From NCBI GenBank assembly GCA_002269645.1, contig NIVC01001502.1, positions 1 through 64,000 on the forward strand: DNA of 64,000 nucleotides, in the 5' to 3' direction. Origin of the DNA: Macrostomum lignano (Eukaryota). The position numbers and the translations under genes are program-made. Position 1 is the first letter of the stretch. Each line of letters begins with the position of its first letter. This document shows, one piece after another, positions 46,425 through 58,732 of this stretch. The notes under the pieces are model-generated. The model saw only the letters and a list, made by a program, of their open reading frames with translations. It made no database searches and had not been told where the DNA came from.

Positions 46425-48215
46425 ATGTTTAAAGAGTCATCTGACAGCTCCAACAAACGAGTCACATCCTTGGAAAAGTCTTCGGACGACGAGAAGGCAG
46501 ACTCATCCCGGACATCCGGGTTGCCAGACTATGGCGCAACCAAGTCCACCGACGAAGACTCAAATTCTGGCAAGTTCAACGGACGGCTTATTCGCGAAAA
46601 ACTGCGACCAAAGCGGCGGACGCGCGAAGAGCAGACGCTTTACGAGAACAACATCAAAGATTTCCTGGACGCGCTGCTGTCCAACACCAGCCTACTCGCC
46701 ATCAGCAACATTGTTAAGCGCAGTCATCCGGTGTTCAAAACTCTTTGGGCCATCGCATTCACCGTCTGTCTGATTTTAACAATCCGGCAGCTGTACAGCC
46801 TCAGCAGGACTTACTTCAGCGATCCCAAGTCCACCATTATTCAGCTGTCCTACAAACCCTTCGAGTTCCCGTCGGTCACGGTCTGCAACCACAACCCGCT
46901 CCGCCGCTCGATGGTCAGCCTGTTTGGCCAGCCCGACCTGCAGCGCTTCATCGCCGGCCTAGAAACCAAAAACTACTCGGTGGTGGATAACGGAACTCAA
47001 CTGATGACTCAGCAGGTCGATTGGATGCGCTTCCACAGGCTCATTAGCAACCACACGCCCGAGCAACGCTTGCGCATGGGCTACCAGATGTCCGACCTCA
47101 TTCTGCAGTGCAGCTTTGCCGGCCAGCGGTGCAACACCAAGCACTTCAGCGTTTCCTTGACTAAGACTTACGGCAGTTGCTTCACCTTCAACGGTTGGCA
47201 GTCTGCCATGGCTGGTAGGCCAGTGATTGGCAAGAATGGTCGAGAGCACGGCCTCATCTTGACGCTCTATCTTGAGCTGGAAGAATACCTGCAGAATTTC
47301 ATCCCGAGCTCGGGTATCAAGGTGCACATTCACGAGTTCGGCTCGCTGGCCTTTCCAGAGACTACCGGCTTCTCGGTGCCACCCGGCTTTCAAACTTCAA
47401 TCGGCATGTCGCTGCGCATGATCAACCGCATCAACCGGCCGAAGGGCAGCTGTCACGATGGCGAAGGCTTCCTTCAAAACCACGGCTTCAAGTACACCTA
47501 TAACGCTTGCACCATGCTCTGCCTGTACGATCGCGTGCACAAGCTGTGCGGCTGCTACGACAGGGCCAACGCCGTCTACTACAGCAACCTGAAAGCGCGA
47601 CTTAAGCCGTGCCAGACTGAGGAGCAGTTGTCCTGCCTGATGAACACCGTGTACGCTTCGGACCAGGGTGACCTCAAGTGCGACTGTCAGTTGCCATGCG
47701 AGGAGTCACACTTTACGTTCAAGCAGTCCCTCAGCGAGTGGCCAACCGACAGTTACGAGATGCGCCTGTTTGGGGACCTGGTCGACGTCAAGCCGAAAGT
47801 AGCCGATCTGAAAAACCAGACCAAGCTTGCTGCTCGAAGGAACCTGCTCAATCTGGTCGTGTACGTTGACGGTGTGATGGCCGAGCACATCATTGAGAAG
47901 CAGGCCTACGCTATCGATAACTACTTGTCGGACATCGGTGGCACTCTGGGATTGTTTCTGGGCTTCTCCGTCCTGACCGGCTTCGAACTGCTGGAGGCTT
48001 CGGCGCTCATCATGGCCTACCTGTGCGGCAAGATCGGCTACACCAGCGACGAGGACGACGACCAACCGGCCGCATCGGAAGATAGCGACGAATCTGGAGA
48101 CGCTGATAGGCGACAGTCGATCAGCGCTTCGAACGAGGCGCTCACTGGTCGTCGTGCCAGCCAGATTTTGACGCTGTACGGATCGAATCCGACCATACAT
48201 TTGCACTCCAACTGA
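46425..48215 (+). CDS. DEG/ENaC (ASIC/FaNaC-like) amiloride-sensitive channel subunit, single exon, 596 aa
   Basis: TM1 LWAIAFTVCLIL, FPSVTVCNHNP, YGSCFTFN, Cys-rich thumb, and TM2 LSDIGGTLGLFLGFSVLTGFE with the GxS filter. Confidence 0.95.
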   Translation: MFKESSDSSNKRVTSLEKSSDDEKADSSRTSGLPDYGATKSTDEDSNSGKFNGRLIREKLRPKRRTREEQTLYENNIKDFLDALLSNTSLLAISNIVKRSHPVFKTLWAIAFTVCLILTIRQLYSLSRTYFSDPKSTIIQLSYKPFEFPSVTVCNHNPLRRSMVSLFGQPDLQRFIAGLETKNYSVVDNGTQLMTQQVDWMRFHRLISNHTPEQRLRMGYQMSDLILQCSFAGQRCNTKHFSVSLTKTYGSCFTFNGWQSAMAGRPVIGKNGREHGLILTLYLELEEYLQNFIPSSGIKVHIHEFGSLAFPETTGFSVPPGFQTSIGMSLRMINRINRPKGSCHDGEGFLQNHGFKYTYNACTMLCLYDRVHKLCGCYDRANAVYYSNLKARLKPCQTEEQLSCLMNTVYASDQGDLKCDCQLPCEESHFTFKQSLSEWPTDSYEMRLFGDLVDVKPKVADLKNQTKLAARRNLLNLVVYVDGVMAEHIIEKQAYAIDNYLSDIGGTLGLFLGFSVLTGFELLEASALIMAYLCGKIGYTSDEDDDQPAASEDSDESGDADRRQSISASNEALTGRRASQILTLYGSNPTIHLHSN

Positions 48216-49329
48216 TCCGTTTTTTGGACGGGATAAACTGAGACTTATTGTACGATTAATTTGCTAGTAGTTTGCTTTAGCTGCATGTGGCTACAGAGTG
48301 ACAAAATTAACTCGCTGCATGTATCGAGTGGCATGTATGGAGGCTAAATACAGGCTTTATTTAGCTACATGTAGCTTTTTTGCAACCCTTTTGCTTACAT
48401 TGACCATGATTCATGCTACTACACGCCATATGGTTATTATATTACGGCGTACTTTAACTGTTCCGTTTACATGCATTCGTGCAGAACTGTTGCTGTATAG
48501 CTATAAAATGTCACAATTTTTTTCTATCGGTGACATCCGACTTATTTTCTTCTCGTTAAAGCATAGTTTTGCACAATTAGCTCGTACCAACAGTATATTT
48601 AAAGGTTTCCGATACGCTATATGGTATGCATTGATTTTCTTACACCCTCCTAAATTCCTTGCGTTGTACTCTCCTGGTATGATACCCTCACATCGGACTC
48701 TTCTTGATCCTGCATCCTGTCGTAAAGCCCACCTATAGTTGTAAACAATTTGAAAGTACATTTTCATGCATTAGTATCCCAATAATTTACTGTTTAGTGA
48801 ATGCACTTTAATCCTGCTGTTCATTTGTAATAGATTATTAATCTAATTATTAAACTAGCTATTTAATTTTATCCAATTATCTATTATTTTCCTCAAATTC
48901 TTAAAATCCCACGCATAGGTACATGCAGAGCATGAAAAATAGATAGAGTCTGTCAACTTAAACTAATTACTGCATCATGTAAACTGATTCCTGTGTGGCA
49001 TCTTATGTATGATATTTTCTTTCATGATTTAGTATCTTGACATGTAAAAACACGTACATATAAACTTGGATCCATGTGTGCATGCTTTTTCATATGCATA
49101 CTGTTTAATTTCGCGATATACTCATAGAGCGCAATTATCCACCAGAGAGCAGACTAGTTTTTGCTCTCATTTTCTTTACTTTTATCGAATTGCGCTTGTT
49201 CAGGCGTATATGTATGTCTACATGCGTGTTACGTAATTTTAATAACAGAAGGTTAAATTCTAAATTTAAATATTCAAACAAATCATTTTAGCAAGCAAGT
49301 TTTAAAATCAAAAATTAATTTTAAAACAA

Positions 49330-50035
49330 TGAATAAACAAATCAACTTTGATGCTCAGGATGCTCAGGAACAGCAAGGTCTGGTGGCCAAAAATGAGCGC
49401 CGATGCCGGAGCTGCATCGAGTCGTCCCACAAGCCAACAGTCAGCGCGACGCCCTTGCACCATCCAAAATACCCAAACGCGCCTGGCTGTCGATCGGCGC
49501 CGACCTGCTGGGCCCGCTTCAGAAAAAAATGCTGCTGGTCTGCGTAGACCACTACTCCCGGTACCCGGAGGTTCAAGTCTTGCGGTCCACAACAGCAGAC
49601 GCCATTGTCCCACGGCTGCGCGAGTAATTCTGCAGGTTTGGCATCCCGGAGGAGATCATTACGGATAATGGACCTCCGTTCTCGTCAGGACAGTTTAAGG
49701 ACTTCCTGCCATCACTCCGCTATACCCGGCTGCCAAAGGCTTGACCGAGCGCCTGAACAGATCGATCAACAAGGCCATTCGCGCTGCCATATCGCCGAGA
49801 ACAAAGACTAGCGCGATCGCTCTGACGAGTGGATGCTGGCTTACCAGACGGCGCCCAACGCAACAACGGGCCGAGCGCCGGTGGAGCTGCTGATGGGGCC
49901 GCGATATGAACAACGGCGTTTCCCGGGCGGCGGCCAGGGGGTCCGTGACGCTGGGCTCGTGTTTATGGGGGAAAATCACGTGCGCCAATGCAAGACCCTT
50001 GCCTTCTCTGAGGCAAACCCGAGCGTCAGTTGCTA
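49330..50035 (+). mobile_element. Decayed gypsy integrase fragment
   Basis: Frameshifted pieces: WWPKM...CRSC, IGADLLGP...CVDHYSRYPEV, GIPEEIITDNGPPF, ERLNRSIN, YQTAPNATTGRAPVELLMG. Confidence 0.8.
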
Positions 50036-50711
50036 CCCTAGGGACCCAAAATGGACAAATAATGCATTTTCAGAATCTAATGACAAAATAGTGCATTCTT
50101 GGTGCATTATATGTACGTGCATTTTTAATGCATTTTTAGTAAAAGTTCTATCTACACTATTTAACAAAATAAGCATGAATTTAGTTCAAGATTGGCTTTA
50201 TTGCGCATCTGTGTATTTATAAATTATACTTCCGTTGCTAACTTTGAAGAACAAATAATAAAACGTGGTGCGATAAAAATGCATTATTTTCTGTAACAAT
50301 TATCAAATTACAAATGCATTTTTTATATCCAGCCGTAGCGAATTAGACCATCACAAATTGAAATTAAAATGGCGGTCTAATTGCGTGCTGGATTATTTTG
50401 TTGCTCGAAGCGAAATTCGTAATTAAATTTCTATTTCAGGTTCTTATCTAGCAAACAAACTTACATTCGTACGCAAAAATTGGGTCGCTTTTGTTATTTC
50501 TCTATAACATAGCTTGTTCAATCGATTTTGATTGTCGAAATAAAAGCTTTGTTTTCTTCACTATTTTATGACATCCTCTCAACAATTTAATTGCATTAAT
50601 CAATCTGGTGTGACAATTATTCCAATTTCTAATTATTCCAATTCAGTTAATATATTATTATTATAGGTTTGAATTTATTGACTTCAGACACTAAGAGTTG
50701 GTGGATCTTGA

Positions 50712-53700
50712 ATGGATCTTGCGGCTGGTTCAAGTAGGCGCTCTTCGAATAGAGTAGTGAAACCAGTGCAACGATTGGCAAATTCTGCTGCGTCATTTTA
50801 TGATTCGAAGTACCTACTATTCTTCATTCGAAAGACAAGAACTTATCATAACTTTTCCCGTGGCAGTCTTGCACTTAGCCATAATGAGCCTGATGTGAAA
50901 TTCATTTTTGTAAGTAATTTTTTGCTTACTTACTAGGCCCAGGCCTAATCCTAGTAATTGTTACAAATGCTATTGCATATTGTATACAAAATTCTGCAGG
51001 ATTTGAAAAAATAAATAAATTGCTTGAGTGCATATGGCTTAAAATGAATGTAGTTTTGTGTGCCTAACTATCAAATATCTATTAACTCCTACAAATATAT
51101 TTATTAGGGCCTAAAGTTAAATGAAGCTAAATAGTTTTTTATATTGTTTTACTAGTAGGCTGGGCTTCTATAGCCATATGCCTAGTTTAGGCCATGTAGG
51201 GAGTAGGCCCTGATGCCCAACTATAGAACTAGTTAGGTATTTTTTAGTGAATTAGGCTTATTCTAAGATTTCATCTTTTTATAGTTTTAGTAATACTAGG
51301 CCAAGGCTGTTTAATTTGCAAAAGACTACTTTTTAGTGCTTGAAATAGGCTGTTTAGTTGCTATCAATGTTAGAGTATGATTAGCTAACTCATGCATAAA
51401 GAACTATGGTTGGTTTGGCTAGCTTTCCTTTCTTTTCTATATGTTCTCTATTCTAAGTATAGAGAGAATATATTGGGCTGTTAGGAAAATTCTGTCCGTT
51501 TTGACTAAAATATGTTGGAGCGAGTTTTTATAGGAATGCAGCAGTGTTACTCAGTAAAATAATTGCCATCGCAATCGATGACCCTCTGCCAACGAGAGGG
51601 CAGACTTTGGATGCCAGCTCTGTAGAAATCCTTGGGCTGTGATTCAAAAAAGTTAGTAATGCAGTCCTTGACCCCTTTGTCATCTTCAAACGTTTTCTCT
51701 TTCAGATGATGGTGCAGCGCTCGAAAAAGATGGTAGTCTGTAGGGGCCAGATCGGGGCTGTACGGTGGGTGGGGCAGCACTTCCCAGCCCAGATCCAGCA
51801 GCTTTTGTCGGGTCAAATTGGCGGTGTGCGGCCGAGCGTTGTCATGAAGGAAGCGAACATGCTGACGCCCTGGACGCTGTGTGTGGAGGCAGTCGGCCAC
51901 ATTCTGCAGCTGGTTACAGTAGAGCTCGGCGGTGATGCTGGTGTTGGGCGGCAGCAGCTCGAAGTATACAACTCCTTCACTGTCCTACCAACAGCAGAGC
52001 ATCACCTTCTTAGGGTGCAGTGGGGCCTTTGGCTCTGGCTGTGGCGGTTTGCCGGCATCAACCCACTGGCGCTTGCGGTGTATATTAACGTACATCACCC
52101 ACTTCTCATCGCCAGTGAGTATTGAGGCCAGCCAGTCTGTTGTTCTCTTGTAGGAGAGCAGTGAGGTGCAAATGTCTGCTCGGCTTTGACGGTCCCTGTC
52201 AGTCAGGTCATGGGGGGTCCACTGTCCGAGCTTGCTTTTCTTGCCCATGGCAGCCAGGTGTTCAGCGACTTGCACATGGGAGCACCCAAGAGTGGCTGCC
52301 AGCTCTCGTGTAGTCTGGTGCGGATTGGCCTCCACAAGTGTCCGCAGCAGCTCAGTGTCTATCTCAGATGGGCGTCCAGGGCGAGGTTCGTCAGCAAGGC
52401 TGTAGTCGCCGCTGCGAAAGCGATCAAACCAACGACGGGCTGTGCGGTCAGAGACAGCATCCTGGCCAAATGCACTGCACAGGCGTCGAGTCGATTCGGC
52501 TGCTGTAATACCTGCTAGAAAATCATATAGCATGCACTGCCTTAGAGCGATGCTGTTTAATTCAAAATTTCTGGCCATAATTGGGCGCTGAAAAGCAAAT
52601 GACTTGGTTAGAATGACCACAACTCTGGCTGTATATGCATACACAAGTATTGGATCCAACACAGCTTCATGATCCTCTGCATAGAAAAATAAAAAACGGA
52701 CAGAACTTTCCTAACAACCCAATAGAATTTTGGCCATTTTTAAATGTCTTATTGTCTATTTTTTTAATATATATTTTGTATAATGTATTCATTTTCAAAC
52801 TTGACTGCCTTCATTGATTTTTATAACATTTTATATAGTGGTCTCAGTATGTTTATATATCTATTTATCTATGAGCTATTTTATTCCTATGCTAAGCCTA
52901 AGGTGTTCAATTCATAGGAAGGTCTATTTGCTGATAAGGTAGGCCCTATATTCTATCCAATAGCAAGTTTACTATTTGAACTATTGTCCAGTGCTTTAGT
53001 TTTCTATTTTAATATTTCTTATACTTTTAGTTTTCCTAGTATTTTAATAGGCTATATTTGCCAACTCTATTAAGCTATCTAAAGTTTTATTTTAGTTAAG
53101 TTTGTCTATTTTTCCAATGGATTTATTCTCTTTAGCTTGTCTATCTTTCTAAAGGACTCTTTTGTTTAGTTTGTCTAACTTTCTAATAGGCTATATCTAT
53201 TTTGTTAACTATTCTAAAAAGAATTTTCTATTTAGTTTGTTTATAATTCTTAATTAAAAAATTAATTTGGTCTAATATTAGCTCAAAATCTAATAATGAA
53301 TCACATTTTTATTTTAGGGTGAGGACTACCCACTTGCTCTCAAGGATGGCATTTTCAATGGCATGTTCATTGCAGCTGAACCATGGTCAAAAATGATCTA
53401 CCTTGAGAAGGAGCTTGATGCATTCATAACTGAAAACAAGGAGAACTCCGAGCTCTCTGATCATGTCCAGTCTCATATGAAAGTCTTCATGAGACAACAA
53501 GAAGACTCAAGTGATGAAGATGCAGGTGATATTGACGATTCGGATGATGATGAGACCTGGCAGCCTACTCCGCCTCCTACTCAGGTTTCTTTTGTAAGCC
53601 CAAGTCCAGTTTCGACACCTACAGCTGCTCATTCTCGTGCTAGGAAGCAATCTCAAGGCAGTCTAGCAAACAAGCGGCCAAGGACAGCTGGTACTCATGT

Positions 53701-54861
53701 TGAAGACAGACACCAAAATTCTGAGGCATCATTGGCTTTAATTGCAAGTGAGGAACAGCGTGCCTTACCACCGGAACTACTTCCTCAAGTTCTTCAGGCT
53801 CATGAATCAGCAAAGGCAGCAAGTGCAAACGATCCCACAAATTCCAAGCCTCTCACACTGGCTGAATTTCAGGAAGGAATGGGTAAGGTTTAATTATTTC
53901 TTTCTTGTGCTTTTGTTTTTATGCTTTATTCTCATTATCTCAGTGTAATACAACTTTTTTACTCACAAATCCTGCATTTCGTGCTGCTTATGTAATCACT
54001 ATCAGTATAGTACAAATGTGAAACACCAAATGTTTCAGACAGTTTGAAGCGGTTCATCGCTCACAAACTGAGGAAGATTCGCACTTCATCATCCAGCTTG
54101 CATCAAATGGTATCAGCTGATTTCCTTAAGGAGGTAGGTTTCTCAGTTTCTGTGCAAATTAATTTACTTTCTTTACTAACCATTTACTATAAAATTATTA
54201 TATGCTTTACTTTGCCATTTTACTTTACTGTTTTTCTTATTTTTCGCTCTTCTTCATGTGGCTTGACGTTTTCACATTTCACTGACATTTATCATGACAT
54301 AATCCAAACAATCGGTCCTGAGTACCAATTTTCTTTGTACTTTTTCGTAGGAATTTGAAGGCCACGATGGGCGAGTTTGCAATTTCTCAGATCTGCCTCG
54401 TACAACGACGTCGAAGTTCATCAGGGCATATGCTTCTGCGAGGTATGGCGTCGAGTATGTGCAATCGCATGTTTTCGGAGAGTACAAAGGCACGACACAA
54501 AGGCCAAAGGCTCCAGGAGAAGTGCAAGACCATCTTAAGAGTAAGCGATACAATTTCTTTGCAACTGAATGTTTTTTGGCAACTGACTTAGTATTGTGGG
54601 CATTAGATGGATGCAGGTCATTCTATATAGTCTTTTAAAGCTAAAAATTCAAACTGGCTCACTGTAGCCATTCCATTGTTGGAAAATGTTTGTGTGAATT
54701 TGCTGCTACTATAAAATCTTTCTTAAAAAAAACTAGGCATTCTGAACAAGGCCTTCAATATCCCGAGGGATCAAACGGTTTCTGCGTGGACAGCCGTCAA
54801 AGACTCTCTGAATCGACTTGGTCCAGAGTCAACCTTCCGCAAGCGAAAGGCCGGTGATTAG
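50712..54861 (+). CDS. Transposon accessory protein (390 aa, 5 exons) with a C-terminal BEN-like helical domain
   Basis: Exons 50712-50909, 53318-53882, 54039-54133, 54351-54540, 54737-54861 join in frame with GT-AG sites (1173 nt). C-terminus TSKFIRAYASARYGVEYVQSHVFG...EVQDHLKSILNKAF...AWTAVKDSLNRL; the BEN assignment is by eye. Confidence 0.75.
51473..52722 (-). mobile_element. Full-length mariner (DD34D), 1250 bp, one nonsense mutation
   Basis: ~30-bp TIRs (ttggg(c/t)tgttaggaaa(a/g)ttctgtccgtttt) and TA TSD. CDS 52578-51547 (343 codons) with TGG to TAG at 51985-87; motifs WTPHDL, TGDEKW, HDNARPH, YSPDLAPTD. Confidence 0.95.
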
Positions 54862-55321
54862 ACTGACGGCTAAACGTGTGTCGCAATATTTTAACTGAAG
54901 ATGCAATCACCCAACTGCCATTCGACATGTAACAAACTATAACGTTTTTGAACTGAATCGATCCCTATTTTACGTTATCTGCGCTAAAGTCAAACTCTTA
55001 CTCTGTAGTGTTTTTTTAATATAAAATGAAGCGACTACCTTAATTATTTTTTTAGAATAATAACTGTTGCGTTTGAAAAGTGTTGGCACTCTTTGTATGG
55101 GTAGTTAGGATACCCTTAATGATTTCCGTAGTCGTTCAAAATGTATATATGTGGAAGAATCTAAACTCCTTCAACTTTAACGCCACCGAGCTAATTTATT
55201 CCACTTCATTTCATATTTATCGATAGATGATGGTGCACATTCTTATTTCGATGGCACGGGTACGTAATTTTCTCCAAACTTTTCAGTCTATCCTAACACT
55301 CGTAGAACTGAAGTTGAAATT

Positions 55322-57718
55322 ATGAGTTCGTCGTCGGAAAGTCTGTCCTCTGGGTCGTCGGAAAGTCTGTCCTCTGGGTCGTCGGAAAGTCTGTCCTCTG
55401 GGTCGTCATATGTCTCGATGTCGGTTGATTCAAGTACACATTCGATTGACACATCCATGGGTGAATACAGCGATTCGAGCTCTTCCGCTGCAATTCAAGC
55501 AAACGTCGGCGAGCAACCGACTATTGCAATTCCTGCTGATGACGAGAATGAAGTGCAGGCAGCTGGTCCATCTGATATCGAGCACCCTGAAATATTTTCT
55601 GCGGATGAGGATAGTAACCTTCTTTCTGTCTTTTGTATCCAAGGTATCTCTATGGAGGTCAAATGTGCCCTTCTAATGTTGTGGATGATCTTGTCGAACG
55701 TTTCCAAGAAAGCTGTTAAAAACATGCTTCGCCTCATTTCCATTCTGTCTCCTCGCGCTGCTTTACCTACATCTTACAAAGCAATGGAAGCGGTTCTGCT
55801 TCGTTCATTCATTTTAAAACCGGACTTCGTTGTGAAAGTTTGTTTAGCGTGTCTACTTATAAACTGTAGTGAACATCCAGTCGACTCTTTCGAGGGACTA
55901 TGGCTCTTAAATGTAAACCATCAGGTGGAGCTTACAGTTGAAAGGCATTTAAATGATATTTTATCTTACCAGCGTGAGCTAAGGCGAGGATTTCAAACTG
56001 ACATTCTGAACTCTGCTGTTAGCAATGAACTAGAAACCGGCTCATCTCCTGACATTTTTCACTTGTATTTTCTTCTTTCGGCTGACGGAGCAAACTTCTT
56101 TAAAGTTTCTGAAATGTCTGTGTGGCCTTTCTGTGCACTGTGCCTCAATTTGCCTGTTAGATTACGCCAGAAGTTTGTCAACATTATCACAATCGCTTTG
56201 TTTACCAATCGAGGAAAGCCGAATTTTGAAAAGTTTTTGCCTACTATTTTAAATCGCTTGCCTTCGTGTGTAAAAGTAAGGAATGTGACGTTTTTTCTTC
56301 ACTTCTCGTTTTTTACCTGCGATTTGCCCGCTTTATCTCACCTTTTTGGAATCAAGCAATTCAACGGACAATTTGCTTGTCCCAGATGCATCCTACCTGG
56401 CAAGTCTCTAAAGGTGTCAGAAAAAGGCCAAGTTCGTGTCTTCCCCGCTGTCCATGGAATTCCGCTTCGAACTAATGCCATGCATGCGCAGCATCTCACA
56501 GTTCTCAAGGCTCAAGGGCTTAAGGATTATTTTGGAATCAAACGCGAAACTGCTCTTCTCAAAATCATTCGTTTTCCAGAAAATTTCATTGTTGATTCTA
56601 TGCATTGTCTCTGGGAAGGTCAAGTAAAACACATTCTAGCCTTCTTGACTGATTCTAAGACTAAAAGCTGCAATCCCAATCATTACCGTGTGCTAGGCTC
56701 AGCATCTGTCAATGTAATCGACTCTCAGATTATGCAACTGAAACTTCCCCAAGGTATTAGCAATGTTCCTCCAATTAGTCAGCTCTCACTTTGGAAAGCG
56801 AAAACATACAAGATTTTTGCTCTGTATCTGTTTCCATCAATTCTGCTTCCACGAATCGAAAATCCCGAACTTAGGGGCCTGCTCCTTCTTCTTAATTCTA
56901 TTTATAACTTGCTGTACTCGCAAAATTCTTGTGTTTCAACTTTAAAACGTCTGTGCAATATGTTTCTTAACCTGTGTCCTGAGTTTTTTGGCGAACGTGT
57001 TATGCTTCTTAATTTTCATCTTCTCTATCATCTACCCGACCAGTATGAACGATTTGGTCCTCTGTATTGTGCATCAATGTTTCCCTTTGAGTCAGCTATG
57101 CATGGCTTTAATATGCTTCATTTTGGCAGTCGATTTCATGGAAAGCAAATTTCCGAAAAGTTTTTCTGGCTAAAAGTGCTATTGTATTCACTGCAACCTG
57201 CTGCAGGCTCCAATCCCTCAATTTCTGATGCACTCCTTGTCATCGCTAAGCACTACTGCAATCCTCCTGAGCGCGAAAATCGAACTCTAGGCGCTTCTGG
57301 GGGTAAAATTTTAACAACCACTTCTGCGGATTGCACTTTAAAAACATGTAGTTCGTATGTCCTGGATGTATCAAATTCATATTTTGCTATTAATCATTTT
57401 GCCGATAGCAAAATCTTTGGCTCTTTTCTGACTCCACAATGTCGTTTAATCGACTTACTGTTCAATGCTGTTCCGGATTTTACCAATATTGGTGCTAGTG
57501 CATCTGAACAAGCAATCTTTCTTGCTTTTTTTACATCTGATGTTCCACTCCGAAATATGCTTATCTTTACGAGTCAGGAACCCACTCGGGAAAATTACAA
57601 TTGCATACGTCTCACTGATGTGGCTGCGAGGTGCATTCGAGTCGATGTCAACTTTCCGAACTTGCCATCAGGCAGTTTTTGTCTGGTACCCCTGTTGGAA
57701 GAGTGTGAGCACGATTAG
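55322..57718 (+). CDS. CACTA/EnSpm-type DDE transposase, intact 798-aa ORF
   Basis: SADGANFF...SVWP...NLP, FTCDLPA...NGQFACPRC, VDSMHC, NFHLLYHL..Q..RFGPL...SMFPFES. The N-terminus has a 24-bp (SSESLSSG) repeat in 3 copies. Confidence 0.92.
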   Translation: MSSSSESLSSGSSESLSSGSSESLSSGSSYVSMSVDSSTHSIDTSMGEYSDSSSSAAIQANVGEQPTIAIPADDENEVQAAGPSDIEHPEIFSADEDSNLLSVFCIQGISMEVKCALLMLWMILSNVSKKAVKNMLRLISILSPRAALPTSYKAMEAVLLRSFILKPDFVVKVCLACLLINCSEHPVDSFEGLWLLNVNHQVELTVERHLNDILSYQRELRRGFQTDILNSAVSNELETGSSPDIFHLYFLLSADGANFFKVSEMSVWPFCALCLNLPVRLRQKFVNIITIALFTNRGKPNFEKFLPTILNRLPSCVKVRNVTFFLHFSFFTCDLPALSHLFGIKQFNGQFACPRCILPGKSLKVSEKGQVRVFPAVHGIPLRTNAMHAQHLTVLKAQGLKDYFGIKRETALLKIIRFPENFIVDSMHCLWEGQVKHILAFLTDSKTKSCNPNHYRVLGSASVNVIDSQIMQLKLPQGISNVPPISQLSLWKAKTYKIFALYLFPSILLPRIENPELRGLLLLLNSIYNLLYSQNSCVSTLKRLCNMFLNLCPEFFGERVMLLNFHLLYHLPDQYERFGPLYCASMFPFESAMHGFNMLHFGSRFHGKQISEKFFWLKVLLYSLQPAAGSNPSISDALLVIAKHYCNPPERENRTLGASGGKILTTTSADCTLKTCSSYVLDVSNSYFAINHFADSKIFGSFLTPQCRLIDLLFNAVPDFTNIGASASEQAIFLAFFTSDVPLRNMLIFTSQEPTRENYNCIRLTDVAARCIRVDVNFPNLPSGSFCLVPLLEECEHD

Positions 57719-58732
57719 CTCAGATAACTTCAAACGCGCGTCAGTTTTTCAGGGTCATTGTCTTGTCTCGTTTTCTATTCTGTAAGTAGTCCTGGTTGTC
57801 AATGTAATCATTGCATGAAATTTTTTCTGGTACGTATTCCTGATTTATCTGCTGGGTAGCTATTGTTGTGTAGCTTTTGTCGATGTTAGCCAGCCGATGT
57901 GTGTGTGCTAGGCTTATTCTAAAAGCTCTATTGCTAGGACACAGGAAGAAAATATGACTGGGGAATTAGACGGGACCAAGAAAGAGACACTAACTGGCAA
58001 ACTTTCGGCTAGCAAACGCCGGCTGGCTAACATCGTAGACCCAGTACCATCTAGTACTTGTACTTAAGCAAGCTTTGTTTCTTGTTAGTTTTTCTAAACT
58101 AAAAAGCCCTTTTTCACAAAACATGCGCGCCTAATGCTCAGCTATATTTATCCTACATGTTATGTTTTACGTTTTCTCTCATATGCCGTGCGCTTTGTTT
58201 AGATACACCTAATTCTTTGTCACATTTTTGCAGTTTTTTATGTTTAATTGCTTTTACGTAAAACTCCGGGGACACAAATTTTTTTTTTACATTTGGCTTC
58301 TTTGTTTGGTAATAAATATTACATTTTCGGCTCACTCACTTAGTTGAGACCTGTCTTATACATAAAACTAACCAATTGTGTTATTTTGAGTGTGTCTTAT
58401 TGTGTGTACATCGCCCATGGTTTGGTAAGACAAACCAGAATAGAACTAAGTACGGTTTTAATGAGCCGATTTAAACGAAGGTACGAAGTGCAATGTATTC
58501 ATATATATACGAGTATATATGGCTCGCAAGATGACTAAAAATGCATTATTTCTAATTAATTGCAACCACATTATAAATGCATTTTATATATATAGAATTT
58601 GCATTATAATGGCAATTATAATGCCATTAAGTGGCAATTATAATGCCATTAAGTGGCATTCAATGTCATTATAATGGCCAGTAAAAATGCATTATTTACC
58701 CATTATGGGTCCCTAGGGTAAGCAACAGAGTC

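Larger units (their letters stand above)
50036..58718 (+). mobile_element. Full-length CACTA/EnSpm (CMC) DNA transposon, 8683 bp, two genes
   Basis: 35-bp TIRs ccctagggaccca(a/t)aatgg(ac/gt)aaataatgcatttt, TA duplication at 50034-35 and 58719-20, and subterminal ATGCAT(T/A) repeats at both ends. Confidence 0.92.

Noticed and set aside
15931-48215. Gs-alpha, TRPA-like and DEG/ENaC genes as a sensory gene cluster
   Set aside because: Adjacency alone is not evidence of co-regulation in an animal genome, and synteny cannot be tested here.
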